64,000 bases of DNA from Candidatus Parcubacteria bacterium (GTDB taxonomy: Bacteria; Patescibacteriota; Minisyncoccia; UBA6257; HR35): NCBI GenBank assembly GCA_025999335.1, contig AP024681.1:459547-523546 (forward strand). The letters are read 5' to 3'. Shown in pieces: positions 30,259 to 40,634 of the stretch. The notes under the pieces are model-generated. The model searched no databases, had not been told where the DNA came from, and saw only the letters and a list, made by a program, of their open reading frames with translations. How positions within the stretch are numbered: position 1 is the first letter of the stretch; each line of letters begins with the position of its first letter. Both the position numbers and the translations under genes were made by a program.

Positions 30259-31704
30259 TTGCCAATGGATTTAATTAAAGATATATACGAAAAAGATTAC
30301 AAACAATTTTTCACGAAACATACGCCACCGCAAAAATTTTTTCTAAAATCACCATTATCGTCAATTGTTGCTTTTGCTAAAGCACCAGTTATTTCGATAA
30401 TGATTTTTTTAGCAGTTTTTTTTAATGTTGTTGCGGCGCCATTGCAGAATCCTAAAAATACTTCAACACAGCCATTAGTTTATTTAGATCCCGAAAAGCA
30501 AAAAGCTAAAGAAGAATTAGAAAACGAGTTACAAAAAGTTTTAAAACAAATTGATAATTACAAAAAAACTATTTCAGGCATTGTTAGAGAAAAAAATTCT
30601 ATTAAACGTGATATTAATTTAACTGAAGCAAATATTCAAAAAATTTCTTTGGAAATAAAAGCGATTAATTTAAGTCTTCAAAAATTAAAAACAAAAATTA
30701 ACGATACTCAGAAATCAATAGCTTTAACTGAAAATAAAATTAGTCGTTCGCAAGAAATTTTAGCTTCGTCTTTAAGATCTTATTATAAATTAAGACAGAG
30801 AAATATTGTTGAAGTATTTTTAGCTGAAATTCAAGTATCTGATTATTTTAATAATTTCTTTTATTTACAAAAATTACAAGAACAAATTAATGATGAATTG
30901 CGTAGCTTAAAAGATTTAAATATTAAATTGAGTAATCAAAAAGAAAGCCTTGAAGAACAATTTGGAGAACAAAATGGTTTATTATCTTTATCAAAAATCA
31001 AATATAGTGAACTTCAGGATTTGAAAAATAAAAAACAAGCTTTATTAGCTCAAGCAAGCAAAAAAGAAACCCAATATAATGCTTTATTAAGACAAGCCGA
31101 AAAGACAGCAGCTGAAATTAGAGAACAGATTTATCGTTTAGCTGGTGGTGTTGGGCCAATTACTTTTGGCCAAGCTTATGATCTTGCTAAAATAGCCGAA
31201 AAGCACACAGGCATTAGACCAGCGTTTTTGTTAGCTATTTTGCACTATGAATCTAAAATAGGTCAAAATGTTGGTAATTGTAATTATAAAGATGCTATGA
31301 AACCAAGTGAACAGCCAATATTTGAGAAAATTGTAAAAGAATTAGGATTAGATCCTAATAAAATGGTTGTTTCTTGTAAGCCGTGGTATGGTTGGGGCGG
31401 AGCAATGGGTCCGGCACAATTTATACCGTCAACATGGATGGCATACAAAGATAAAGTTGCTGCTATTACTGGCAATAAACCTCCTTCTCCTTGGAATAAT
31501 TTAGATGCTTTTATTGCTGCCGCTTTACTTTTGACTAATAACGGCGCTGATGCGCGCACTTATGAGGCTGAATGGAAAGCGGCAATGATGTATTTTGCTG
31601 GTTCTAATTGGAACAAACCTTCTTTAAGTTTTTATGGCGATGATGTAATGGCTATTGCTTCTCGTTTTGAAAAGGATATTCAAATTTTAGAGAAAAAGAA
31701 TTAA
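30259..31704 (+). CDS. Coiled-coil protein with C-terminal lytic murein transglycosylase domain
   Basis: Hydrophobic anchor, long coiled coil, AILHYES, GGAMGPAQFIPSTW; start may be ATG 30265. Confidence 0.85.
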   Translation: MPMDLIKDIYEKDYKQFFTKHTPPQKFFLKSPLSSIVAFAKAPVISIMIFLAVFFNVVAAPLQNPKNTSTQPLVYLDPEKQKAKEELENELQKVLKQIDNYKKTISGIVREKNSIKRDINLTEANIQKISLEIKAINLSLQKLKTKINDTQKSIALTENKISRSQEILASSLRSYYKLRQRNIVEVFLAEIQVSDYFNNFFYLQKLQEQINDELRSLKDLNIKLSNQKESLEEQFGEQNGLLSLSKIKYSELQDLKNKKQALLAQASKKETQYNALLRQAEKTAAEIREQIYRLAGGVGPITFGQAYDLAKIAEKHTGIRPAFLLAILHYESKIGQNVGNCNYKDAMKPSEQPIFEKIVKELGLDPNKMVVSCKPWYGWGGAMGPAQFIPSTWMAYKDKVAAITGNKPPSPWNNLDAFIAAALLLTNNGADARTYEAEWKAAMMYFAGSNWNKPSLSFYGDDVMAIASRFEKDIQILEKKN

Positions 31705-33340
31705 AACTCGCCATTGACCATAATTGAGCTATAGTACCTTCGCTTCTTCGCTCTTTGGCGCTGCTAATTTCGCTACTAAAACCTAAAGCACCGTCTTTTA
31801 ATAAATCATCTAAACTACTTAAGTAAATTTTTTCTATAATCTCTTTATATTTGATTATATTAATTTCACATAAAGAAATAGCTAAAAGGTTATTAAGAAA
31901 ATACCAGGAATTACCTCTATGATAAGCGCTATTTTTTTCTCCATCGTCTTCGTTTTGGAAATGAGGATTGTCAGTATTTAAAGTGGCCAACCCTCCCCAT
32001 AATAAATAATTATTTTTAAGTAATTTATCAAATACTTGGGTCCAGGTTTCTTGGGGAAGAATGTATTTTGTAAATAAAAAAGCGAAGATAATATTTGGAT
32101 CATTATCGCGGTTTATAATTTTTTTCTTTAATTCATTTTCTCTAACCTCTAGCTCGGCTTTTAATCTAATTTTTACTAATTCATCTATATTTTTTAAAGA
32201 TATTAATTTATTTAAAGCATTGACATATAAAGATTCAATTTCAATAGCTTCTTGACGGTTTAAAGTATCCATCCAGGTGCTATAAGATGGTAAATGAATA
32301 ACATTATTTTTCATAAATTTCTTTTGCCATAGTTTAAAGCAAGCAATTATTCTTTCTGCATTGTTTTCTAATAACTTTTGTTCAGCTGTGGCTATAAAGA
32401 GTAATAAAGTATCCGCTCCATCCCATTGCCATTGTTGATATTGACTATTGACAGGTTTGTTTTTATCCCAAATGGTTTCTAAATTATTAAGATAAAAATT
32501 TAATTTTTGTTTATAAATATTTTTATCTATATTTTCTTTTAAAAGATACAAACTTAGTAGTTCATCTCGATACCAGTGTTCATAAAACCAAGGAAAGCCA
32601 GCAGCAAAATATTGATTTGTTTCAAAAAGCATTATTCTTTTTACTAAAAAATTATTTAAAGGTGATTGATTTTGATGACTAGGATTGTGATTAAGTATAA
32701 ATATAGAATTTTGGTGATCAGTTTTTTCATTAGGATTAAAATCTTGACTGTCGTTAGGGAGAAGATTTATTTTTAATTCGCGAATTTTTCCTTCAAAACA
32801 TTCATATGTCCACCATTCGTAAGGATAAGAATTACGTTTTTTATCAAAATTCATATCTTGCTTAACCCACTGTTTTTTTATTTGAACATTAGAATCTGTT
32901 TCTATTAAAAGTTGATTGATTAATTGATCATTAAAATATTGTTTAACAAAAATATGATTTACTTTTGGTGTTTCAACAATGATATTGCGGGCAAAGGCAT
33001 TATTGTTAAATATATATTTACTGTCCAAATTAAGTTTAACATTAGTCCAATATGAGAAAATTAAGTGAATACTTTTTTCTTCTAATTTTAGATAACAATG
33101 ATTATGCCAGAATTCAATGATAATTTCATTAGGGTTCAAAATAATTATATTTTTTATTTTTTCGCCGAATTCAATATTATCTAAAAATCTAAAAGCTTGT
33201 CCGTCTTTTAAAATAAAACCACCAAAATATCTACTTCTTTTTTCCTGCGAGAGGATTAACCAGACATCATTGTTCTTTAAAAATAAAATATCACTCTCAG
33301 TTTCTTTTTCTATATTTAACTCTAAGTATTTGACTTTCAT
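31652..33340 (-). CDS. Amylo-alpha-1,6-glucosidase / glycogen debranching enzyme-like
   Basis: AGFPWF..WYRDE, TWMD, YHRGNSW, QLWS. Confidence 0.8.
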   Translation of the reverse strand: MKVKYLELNIEKETESDILFLKNNDVWLILSQEKRSRYFGGFILKDGQAFRFLDNIEFGEKIKNIIILNPNEIIIEFWHNHCYLKLEEKSIHLIFSYWTNVKLNLDSKYIFNNNAFARNIIVETPKVNHIFVKQYFNDQLINQLLIETDSNVQIKKQWVKQDMNFDKKRNSYPYEWWTYECFEGKIRELKINLLPNDSQDFNPNEKTDHQNSIFILNHNPSHQNQSPLNNFLVKRIMLFETNQYFAAGFPWFYEHWYRDELLSLYLLKENIDKNIYKQKLNFYLNNLETIWDKNKPVNSQYQQWQWDGADTLLLFIATAEQKLLENNAERIIACFKLWQKKFMKNNVIHLPSYSTWMDTLNRQEAIEIESLYVNALNKLISLKNIDELVKIRLKAELEVRENELKKKIINRDNDPNIIFAFLFTKYILPQETWTQVFDKLLKNNYLLWGGLATLNTDNPHFQNEDDGEKNSAYHRGNSWYFLNNLLAISLCEINIIKYKEIIEKIYLSSLDDLLKDGALGFSSEISSAKERRSEGTIAQLWSMASFNSFSLKFEYPFQNEKQ

Positions 33341-33367
33341 TATAATGAATTTATATCTAAAAAATTT

Positions 33368-35128
33368 TTATAGTAGTTTGTAATAAAGAGCTATATAATG
33401 ATTGATTAGTTTACTCCAGTCACAAATATTAGCTAATTTTTTTGCTTCGTATTTATTGTGGATTCTTTCAATGCGCGACATATTGACAATTTTTAATAAT
33501 AAATTGTAAAGATCATTAACAATATCTTCACGTTGTTTGCTATAACGTTGTAGGATGTATAAGCCTTTTTGATTATTCATATCAATATGCTTATGTTCTT
33601 GCAGGTAACTAGCAAAACCGGTAAGATCAGTGGTAATAGCAATTGTTCCGGCGGCTAAAGTTTCTAAAGGAGTATAACCCCATGGTTCGTATAATGAAGG
33701 GAAGATTCCTAAATGACAACCATTGATAACATTATAATAATCTAAATTAATTAAGCTATCAGCGGCGTGAGCATAGATAGGATAAAAAATAATTTTTACT
33801 TTATCTTCTTGACGATTTAATAAATTTGCTGCTTGGCATAATTTAATTATTTCATTATCATTGTTAAAGATATGTGTTGATAAAGGCGCAGACATTGGCA
33901 ATGGTTTTTTGATAATATTTAATATTTGATAAATATCTATCATTTCTTCTTGACTGAAAATGAATTCAGGTTGTTGTTGATGAATCAATGAATGCAAAAT
34001 ACGTGATTTTATTTCTTCAGTTAAATTATCTATGTATTCTTCTAAACTTCGATAACTTAAAATATGTTGCATTATTTGTGGATTAATGCTATTGAATTCA
34101 TCAGGAATCATTAGAATCATATAAACATTTTTATCTATATCTTTTGCTTTCATTTCATTGTTTAATTTACCTAAAGCTTCAATAGTGATATCAAATCCTT
34201 TGTTAGTTATTTCCTTTCTTCCGCTGGTAAAGAATATAAGAGAATTTTTAATAGGACAACTTTTTGTAAAATAAGGCGTAAAGTAATATAAAATAAACTC
34301 TAAAAGTTGATATTTATTGCGACGATGAAGAAAAGCTATTTCTTCAAAAGTAGGGAAGCGATTAATATCAATGCCGTTAGGTAAAATCGCATCGACTTCT
34401 CGGTTTAATAATTTTGCTACTTCTTTGGCGGTAATATTACTAATGGTAGTTAGCAAGGTTGCTTGTTGAGCGGCATTTTTTTCAACGCCATACTTTGCTT
34501 CTATAAAAAAATCATAAGCGCTTTGTTGAGGGTTAATATCTATGTCCCAAAAATTAATATTATTAGCCATTAAAGTTCTGCCTAAAATAGTAGCATGAGT
34601 TGTAAAAATTGTTTTTAAATGATAACCTTCAGCTTTTAAAAATAAAATAGCACCTCCGCTTAACCATTCATGAAAATGAAAAATAGAATCATTAAAACGA
34701 TTAGCGGCTAATTCTTTTATAAAATCACTAACAGCTTTAGACCAAGCTATAGGTTCGTCGTAATCTTTGCCAGTTCTTAAACTGTCAATTTGAAATTTTT
34801 CCCACAGTATGTGTTTTAAGACATTAACATTTTCTAAATATCTACTAAAATCTATTAGAAAACCGTTGATCTGCCCTTCAATTATCCATTCGCCATAATA
34901 AACATTAATGCCTTTTTGTTTTAAATTGTCGATGATTAACGCAAATTGACTAGGAGGATTAGAGATTTTAAATTCTACTTCACTTTTGTTGGCAATATAA
35001 GGACCAATAACTAAATAATTATCCTGATAATGATTTTTTAAATACTTAGCTTTACTTTTAAGAACTGTATGAATGCCGCCAACTTTATTAGCTATCTCCC
35101 AGCTAATTTCGAAAATATACTTTGACAT
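33368..35128 (-). CDS. Glycogen synthase, GT3 (eukaryote-like) family
   Basis: FEISWEIANKVGGIHTV, HFHEW, FTTHATILGR, FPSLYEPWGYTPLE. Confidence 0.9.
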   Translation of the reverse strand: MSKYIFEISWEIANKVGGIHTVLKSKAKYLKNHYQDNYLVIGPYIANKSEVEFKISNPPSQFALIIDNLKQKGINVYYGEWIIEGQINGFLIDFSRYLENVNVLKHILWEKFQIDSLRTGKDYDEPIAWSKAVSDFIKELAANRFNDSIFHFHEWLSGGAILFLKAEGYHLKTIFTTHATILGRTLMANNINFWDIDINPQQSAYDFFIEAKYGVEKNAAQQATLLTTISNITAKEVAKLLNREVDAILPNGIDINRFPTFEEIAFLHRRNKYQLLEFILYYFTPYFTKSCPIKNSLIFFTSGRKEITNKGFDITIEALGKLNNEMKAKDIDKNVYMILMIPDEFNSINPQIMQHILSYRSLEEYIDNLTEEIKSRILHSLIHQQQPEFIFSQEEMIDIYQILNIIKKPLPMSAPLSTHIFNNDNEIIKLCQAANLLNRQEDKVKIIFYPIYAHAADSLINLDYYNVINGCHLGIFPSLYEPWGYTPLETLAAGTIAITTDLTGFASYLQEHKHIDMNNQKGLYILQRYSKQREDIVNDLYNLLLKIVNMSRIERIHNKYEAKKLANICDWSKLINHYIALYYKLL

Positions 35129-36293
35129 TTGGTTTAATTCTTAATTTAAAATCTTCAATAATATTTCTAAAATTTAAATAAGCATCATAAGGAGTTTCAT
35201 AAGGATTAAAGTATTTATGCACATCACCATCGGCAAACCATTTTGTACACATATAATAAAAATGATCAGCTATTTGTAATTTTCGCCAAACATTTTTAAG
35301 ATAAAAAGGGACTTCTTTTTCTAGAGAAAATAAAAGTTGGGCGCATTCTTTTTGCATTTCATTACCAAGCCACGCAGTAAGATCTCTTTCAGTATCTGCC
35401 CAGGTAATTGGTTTTTCACTAGAAAAAATTCCTTTACTTGAATATGTTTTAATAGCTTCTGAAGGCAAAAGAAAATTAAGATGTTTTTTTCTTAAAATTG
35501 CTCGCGGTAATTCAGCGAGAAAATCAAAAATTCCAGTTTCTTGCCATTGATGTTCGCCAAAAGTTTCAAAATCCATAAATAAATTAATAACTTCGCCGTT
35601 GCCATTATAATTTTCTAGCCATTGAGCAAATTTGTCAGCAGTGAGGGGCCATTCTTCCCACCATTGCGCTGAAAAGCGAAAACTTATGTCATCAGATAGT
35701 TGATAATTTCTTAAGAGGATTTTTAAATTGTTAGACGGATCATTGTAGACGAAATTTGGCGAGCGCCATTCGAGAATCCAAGGCACACCTTCGGTGATCA
35801 TACCTTCAAAGCCTAAGTCTTTAACGATTTTGGTTAAGTCATCAAAATATATTAATTCAGTGTTAGCAAAAACAGAACTTTCTTGATTAAATAATTGCTT
35901 GATAATTTTTTTATGCAATATTACTTGTTCTTTAAACTCTTTAAGAGAAAACAGACTTGATAGTGAATGATAATATGTTTCGCCGACGAATTCAACATTT
36001 TTACTCTTACTTAATTCTTGAAACATTTTTATTATTTCCGGATGCCATTTTAGGAGTTGCTCAATGAGATTTCCAGTTAAGCCAAAACTAACTTTGAAAG
36101 GCAGTTTATCCTTAATAATTAATTTTATTAAAAGTTCTAAAGCTGGTTTATAACATTTATGAACAATTCTATCAAGATAAAATTTATTCATTTTATCATC
36201 AAAATAATTTTTATCTTGAGCAATATCAAAAAAGGTATAATGTTTAAGGCGATCTGGTTGGTGTGTTTTAAAATAAAAAACAACTGAAGGCAT
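35103..36293 (-). CDS. Glycoside hydrolase family 57 (alpha-amylase type)
   Basis: HQP, ETYYHSL, NTELIY, SDDISFRFS, DFETFGEH. Confidence 0.92.
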   Translation of the reverse strand: MPSVVFYFKTHQPDRLKHYTFFDIAQDKNYFDDKMNKFYLDRIVHKCYKPALELLIKLIIKDKLPFKVSFGLTGNLIEQLLKWHPEIIKMFQELSKSKNVEFVGETYYHSLSSLFSLKEFKEQVILHKKIIKQLFNQESSVFANTELIYFDDLTKIVKDLGFEGMITEGVPWILEWRSPNFVYNDPSNNLKILLRNYQLSDDISFRFSAQWWEEWPLTADKFAQWLENYNGNGEVINLFMDFETFGEHQWQETGIFDFLAELPRAILRKKHLNFLLPSEAIKTYSSKGIFSSEKPITWADTERDLTAWLGNEMQKECAQLLFSLEKEVPFYLKNVWRKLQIADHFYYMCTKWFADGDVHKYFNPYETPYDAYLNFRNIIEDFKLRIKPNVKVYFRN

Positions 36294-37456
36294 TATTTAA
36301 TAATTTTATAATAAATATTATTTATTTGATTAGCAGTTTTCTGCCAACAAAATTTTTTTTGAGCTTCTGCTTTGCAATTATTTAAATAAGTTTTTTTTAA
36401 TGTTTCGTAATTTAAAATGCCTAATATTTTATTAGCCATTTCTTTAATATCCCAAAAATCAAAGCGAAGAATATTATTTAAATAATAGCCCATTCCGGTT
36501 GTTTTTGAAATAACAGGAGCTAAATTATTATTTAAAGCTTCTAAAGGAACTAAACCAAAAGGATCATTAACTGAAGGCATAACCAAAACATCGGCATTTT
36601 GATAAACTCCCCATAATTTTTCTTCTCGTAGAAAGTTAGCAAAGGAGATATATTTTTCAACTTTTAACTCATAAGCTAATTTAACTAATTGAGGAAACAT
36701 ATCGCCTGAACCAACAAAAACAAATTTTGTTTTAGGTTGTTTGTTGATTATCATTGGTATGGCACGAATAAGATAATCAGGTCCTTTTTGAATAGTTAGC
36801 CTACCAACGAAAAGAACTATTTTCCATCCATCTTTTTTTAGTTCCGCTAAGTAGTTGGGCATTTCGCCTTTATTCTCTGACCAAAAAAATCCATTGGGAA
36901 CAACAAATATTTTTTCCGGTTTTATTTTGTAGTCATCGATTAAAACATTTTTAGTTAAATCGCTAACAGGCAATAAGTAATCAACTTTTTGAAAATATTT
37001 TTTTTCTATATCAAAGATAAATTGATTAGGATTTTCATTGGTTCTTTCTATTTCTGTGGAATGAACATGAACCAAAGAAGGTGTGCGATAATGTTTGCTT
37101 AATGAATAAACAGCCGGTGCTGTAAACCAATCGTGCCCATGGACAATAGTTGGTTTTGTCTTATAATTTAAAAGGATTCTTTTATGGTAACCAAAAATTA
37201 AATCAAGTATTTGACTATTAAAATAAAAATTTTTATGAAAATAACTTTCTAATCTTTTAGGTTTTGATTGATTATTATTACTAGGAATAGCAAATAAGAC
37301 TTTAAAAGGAGGAGAGGTAATATTTAATTTAATTGGTAAAGTGAAAGTTAAATCTTCAACTAATTGGCTTAGTTCTTTTGCTAAATAAAAGCAGGCAACG
37401 CCTAAACCACCGCTATTAAAAGGCGGTAATTCCCAGCCAATCATTAGAACTTTCAT
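36293..37456 (-). CDS. GT4 glycosyltransferase (glycogen-cluster type)
   Basis: GWELPPFNSGGLG, HGHDW, HVHSTE, QKGP, PFGLVPLEA. Confidence 0.9.
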   Translation of the reverse strand: MKVLMIGWELPPFNSGGLGVACFYLAKELSQLVEDLTFTLPIKLNITSPPFKVLFAIPSNNNQSKPKRLESYFHKNFYFNSQILDLIFGYHKRILLNYKTKPTIVHGHDWFTAPAVYSLSKHYRTPSLVHVHSTEIERTNENPNQFIFDIEKKYFQKVDYLLPVSDLTKNVLIDDYKIKPEKIFVVPNGFFWSENKGEMPNYLAELKKDGWKIVLFVGRLTIQKGPDYLIRAIPMIINKQPKTKFVFVGSGDMFPQLVKLAYELKVEKYISFANFLREEKLWGVYQNADVLVMPSVNDPFGLVPLEALNNNLAPVISKTTGMGYYLNNILRFDFWDIKEMANKILGILNYETLKKTYLNNCKAEAQKKFCWQKTANQINNIYYKIIK

Positions 37457-37471
37457 TATAATTACATTTTA

Positions 37472-38398
37472 CTACAAATTTTCTATAAATTTTTTGCTTA
37501 TCACATATAAATCACGTTTATTTTTAAAATAATACACTTCCGGTATTTTGTTTAATTCTTTTATTTGCCTTTTGGCAAAATTTTTTATATCCTGGAGACA
37601 ACGATTGTAGATAAAATTTGTATCAGCATAGATATTATTTTTGTTTTGATTAGAAACATATAACCCGAACCACCGATATTCCAAGCCAAAATTGATAATT
37701 CGTTTAAAAGATAATCCTAAAGTTTTTAATTTTTTTACTTCTTTGATGATAAATGGGAGTCTTTGTTTTAGTCTAATTTCTATTTTATGAAATAAATTTT
37801 TTTTATCTATTTGCGGACAAAGAATTAAGATTTGGTATTTAGGTTTTTTAATTAAAGGTGGCACTTTGCCTAAAACATAGATTATTTCTAAAGCTCGAAT
37901 TAATCTTTTTTTGTTATGACGATCTATAGTTTTAGCTCGCAGTTTATCTAATTGTTGTAGCTTTTTATATAAATCTTCAGATGATAGTTGAGATAATTTT
38001 TTTCTGAGGTTGTAATTTGGCTTAACAGCCGGCAAAAGCCAACCTTCTTTTAGAGCTTTTAAATACAATATTGTTCCACCACAGAAAATAGGTATTTTAT
38101 TTTTTTGCATTATTTTTTTTACAGCTGCTTCCGCTGCTTTGAGCCATTGTCCAAGAGAATAATTTTTACGTGGTGAAGCGACGTCAATAAGATGATGGGG
38201 TACAATTTTTAATTCTTGTTTTGATAATTTACCGCTACCTATATTAAGATATTTATAAACTTGCCTTGAGTCAGCATTAATGATTTCACCATTTATTTTT
38301 TGCGCTAAATAGATGGCATTTTCTGATTTGCCTATAGCTGTTGGTCCAGTAATAAAGATTATTTTTTTTAATTGATTGTTTGGGGACTTATTGACCAT
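37472..38398 (-). CDS. miaA: tRNA dimethylallyltransferase
   Basis: GPTAIGKS, ADSRQVY, PHHLID, GGT, FAKRQ. Confidence 0.95.
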   Translation of the reverse strand: MVNKSPNNQLKKIIFITGPTAIGKSENAIYLAQKINGEIINADSRQVYKYLNIGSGKLSKQELKIVPHHLIDVASPRKNYSLGQWLKAAEAAVKKIMQKNKIPIFCGGTILYLKALKEGWLLPAVKPNYNLRKKLSQLSSEDLYKKLQQLDKLRAKTIDRHNKKRLIRALEIIYVLGKVPPLIKKPKYQILILCPQIDKKNLFHKIEIRLKQRLPFIIKEVKKLKTLGLSFKRIINFGLEYRWFGLYVSNQNKNNIYADTNFIYNRCLQDIKNFAKRQIKELNKIPEVYYFKNKRDLYVISKKFIENL

Positions 38399-38485
38399 TT
38401 TTTATTATCCACATTTTTAATTTGACGTAATAATATTTTATATGTTAAAATTAATTTAACTAAAATTAAGTTTCAATTTATTTAA

Positions 38486-39106
38486 ATGAAAAAAGAAATA
38501 TCAACCAACAGGGGATTTACTTTAATTGAATTATTAATAGTTCTTGCTCTTATTTCTATTTTAGCCGCTATTTTAATTGTGGTTATCAATCCGACGGAAA
38601 TTTTTAAAAAGAGTCGCGATGCTAAAAGAGTTGGCGATTTGAAAAATGTAGCTCAAGCTATTCAGGCTGCTTTAACCGATAAACCCAATTTAGGCTTAGG
38701 TCGTAATGGCAATACTGAATGCATAGGAGGGAGTCAGCCAACAATATTTTCTTCACAATATATATCAGGAACCAGCAGTTTTGCTACTTTTACAGCGGTA
38801 ACCGGGAGTCCTTCACAAGCTATTGATGGCACTGGATGGATCCCTGTTAATCTAACTAATGTTGCTATAGCTAATTTATCTTCTTATCCAATTGATCCTG
38901 TCAATAGAACAACTACACCTGCCTATTATTATACTTATGCTTGTGATGCCCAGAAAGGTTTTTTTGAAATTGATGCTCGTATGGAATCTAATGTTGACGC
39001 TCATACTACTGACGGCGGAGATAATCCTTTATTATACGAAGAAGGTTCAGGTAAAAAAGGCATCTTACCAACTGCGACAGGAACTAATTTTTATCAGAAC
39101 TATTAA
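38486..39106 (+). CDS. Type IV pilin
   Basis: Class III signal RG/FTLIELLIV with E5, SRDAKR..DL, PIDP, one Cys pair. Confidence 0.92.
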   Translation: MKKEISTNRGFTLIELLIVLALISILAAILIVVINPTEIFKKSRDAKRVGDLKNVAQAIQAALTDKPNLGLGRNGNTECIGGSQPTIFSSQYISGTSSFATFTAVTGSPSQAIDGTGWIPVNLTNVAIANLSSYPIDPVNRTTTPAYYYTYACDAQKGFFEIDARMESNVDAHTTDGGDNPLLYEEGSGKKGILPTATGTNFYQNY

Positions 39107-40124
39107 AAATTAGTTTACGAAAACCGTTTAGAAATTCTTTACCACTCATAATTTTTCGATTTTCTAATTGAACTTTTTGAAGAATAATATAAGCATCTTT
39201 TAGTTTTAAGCAGAGATTGTTTTTGAAAGTGAAAAATTGTCCAGTTTGGGTTTTATCTTTAATATCTTTTTTTAAGAAGTTGTCAGGTAATTTTTCAATG
39301 CTAAATATTTTTAAGATTTTATCATTAATTTTTATAAAAGTTCCGGGCCAAGGGTTATAAGCGCGTATTTTTTTGTTCCAAATTTCAAAGTCGTCAGTTA
39401 AATTTAAAAACCCATCGTCTTTTTTAAGTTTTTTTGTATAAGTTGCTAAATCATCATTTTGTTTTTTAAGTTCGATATCTTTGTAGAGATAATTTTCTAT
39501 AATTTCAGTTAAAGTTTTACCTCCCAAAATTCCAAGTTCTAACTCTAATTCTTCATAGGTGATATTTGCTTTAAGTTTATATTTTTCTTGTACGATTATT
39601 GGTCCGTGATCTATAAGTTCGTCAATTTTGAAGATAGTTATCCCTGATTCATTATCGCCTTGTAAAATTGTTTCTCTTAAAGGATTAGGACCACGGTATT
39701 TAGGTAATAACGAAGGATGAACATTAATTATTCCTTTAGGAAAAAGATCAATGATATTTTTAGGAATTATTTTTGAAAAAGCGGCTACAATACCAGCAAG
39801 AGGTTGTATTTGATTAATAATTAACTTAATATTTTGCCATTGCTCGGTGTTGGCATTGTGATGATTATTTTTGTTATTAAAAGTTGTTTGTTTGTTTTGT
39901 TGTTGATTTTGATGGTTTTGGCTGGTATTTGGTAATTCAATAACTTCTAATTTATGTTGAAGGCAAAAACTATAAACTTCATTTAATTTTATTTTTAACC
40001 CCCTACCAGCAGGTTTAGCTTGATTAGTGATAATTAAAAGAGGTTTGTATTTTTTAATAAATTCTTTTAAAACATAAACAGAAAAACGACTTGAACCAAA
40101 GAAAAATACAGGTAAATTTTTCAT
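39084..40124 (-). CDS. fmt: Methionyl-tRNA formyltransferase
   Basis: FFGS, INVHPSLLPKYRGP, DHGPI, IRAYNPWPG. Confidence 0.95.
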   Translation of the reverse strand: MKNLPVFFFGSSRFSVYVLKEFIKKYKPLLIITNQAKPAGRGLKIKLNEVYSFCLQHKLEVIELPNTSQNHQNQQQNKQTTFNNKNNHHNANTEQWQNIKLIINQIQPLAGIVAAFSKIIPKNIIDLFPKGIINVHPSLLPKYRGPNPLRETILQGDNESGITIFKIDELIDHGPIIVQEKYKLKANITYEELELELGILGGKTLTEIIENYLYKDIELKKQNDDLATYTKKLKKDDGFLNLTDDFEIWNKKIRAYNPWPGTFIKINDKILKIFSIEKLPDNFLKKDIKDKTQTGQFFTFKNNLCLKLKDAYIILQKVQLENRKIMSGKEFLNGFRKLIFNSSDKN

Positions 40125-40591
40125 TATTCTTTTAAGGTAAACACTTCTTGAGCTTTATCAATGAATAATATTCCTTGAAGGTGATCAATCTCATGTTGAA
40201 TGATATGAGCTAACAATCCTTTGGCTCTGATTTTGCGTTTTTTATTCCATAAATTAGTATATTCTATTATGACTTGCGGATAACGCTTAACATAACCCCA
40301 AACATTAGGTACGCTTAAGCAACCTTCTTCTTTTAATTCTTCTTTACCGATATATTTTATAATTTTTGGATTTATAAAAGTTTCAATTTTTCCTTTTTGT
40401 TCATCAATTGCTATAAATATTGATAAATTTTCACCTATTTGATTAGCAGCTAAACCAACGCCTTTGTGTTGTTTCATCATTTTTTTCATTGTCTCAATAA
40501 TTTTTTTGATGGCATCGTTTATTTCTGCAACCTCTTTAGTTGTCTTTTTTAAAATTTGGTGAGGATAAGTAATTAATTTGGTTTCAGGCAT
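40124..40591 (-). CDS. def: Peptide deformylase
   Basis: GVGLAANQ, EGCLS, QHEIDHLQG. Confidence 0.97.
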   Translation of the reverse strand: MPETKLITYPHQILKKTTKEVAEINDAIKKIIETMKKMMKQHKGVGLAANQIGENLSIFIAIDEQKGKIETFINPKIIKYIGKEELKEEGCLSVPNVWGYVKRYPQVIIEYTNLWNKKRKIRAKGLLAHIIQHEIDHLQGILFIDKAQEVFTLKE

Positions 40592-40634
40592 CGTTAATTT
40601 AATTTTTATATTTATGCTATAATTTATATTATAA

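Noticed and set aside
38405-38413. Replication origin (perfect DnaA box TTATCCACA; near matches at ~19197, ~43971, ~45784)
   Set aside because: Boxes are isolated rather than clustered, and there is no dnaA/dnaN nearby
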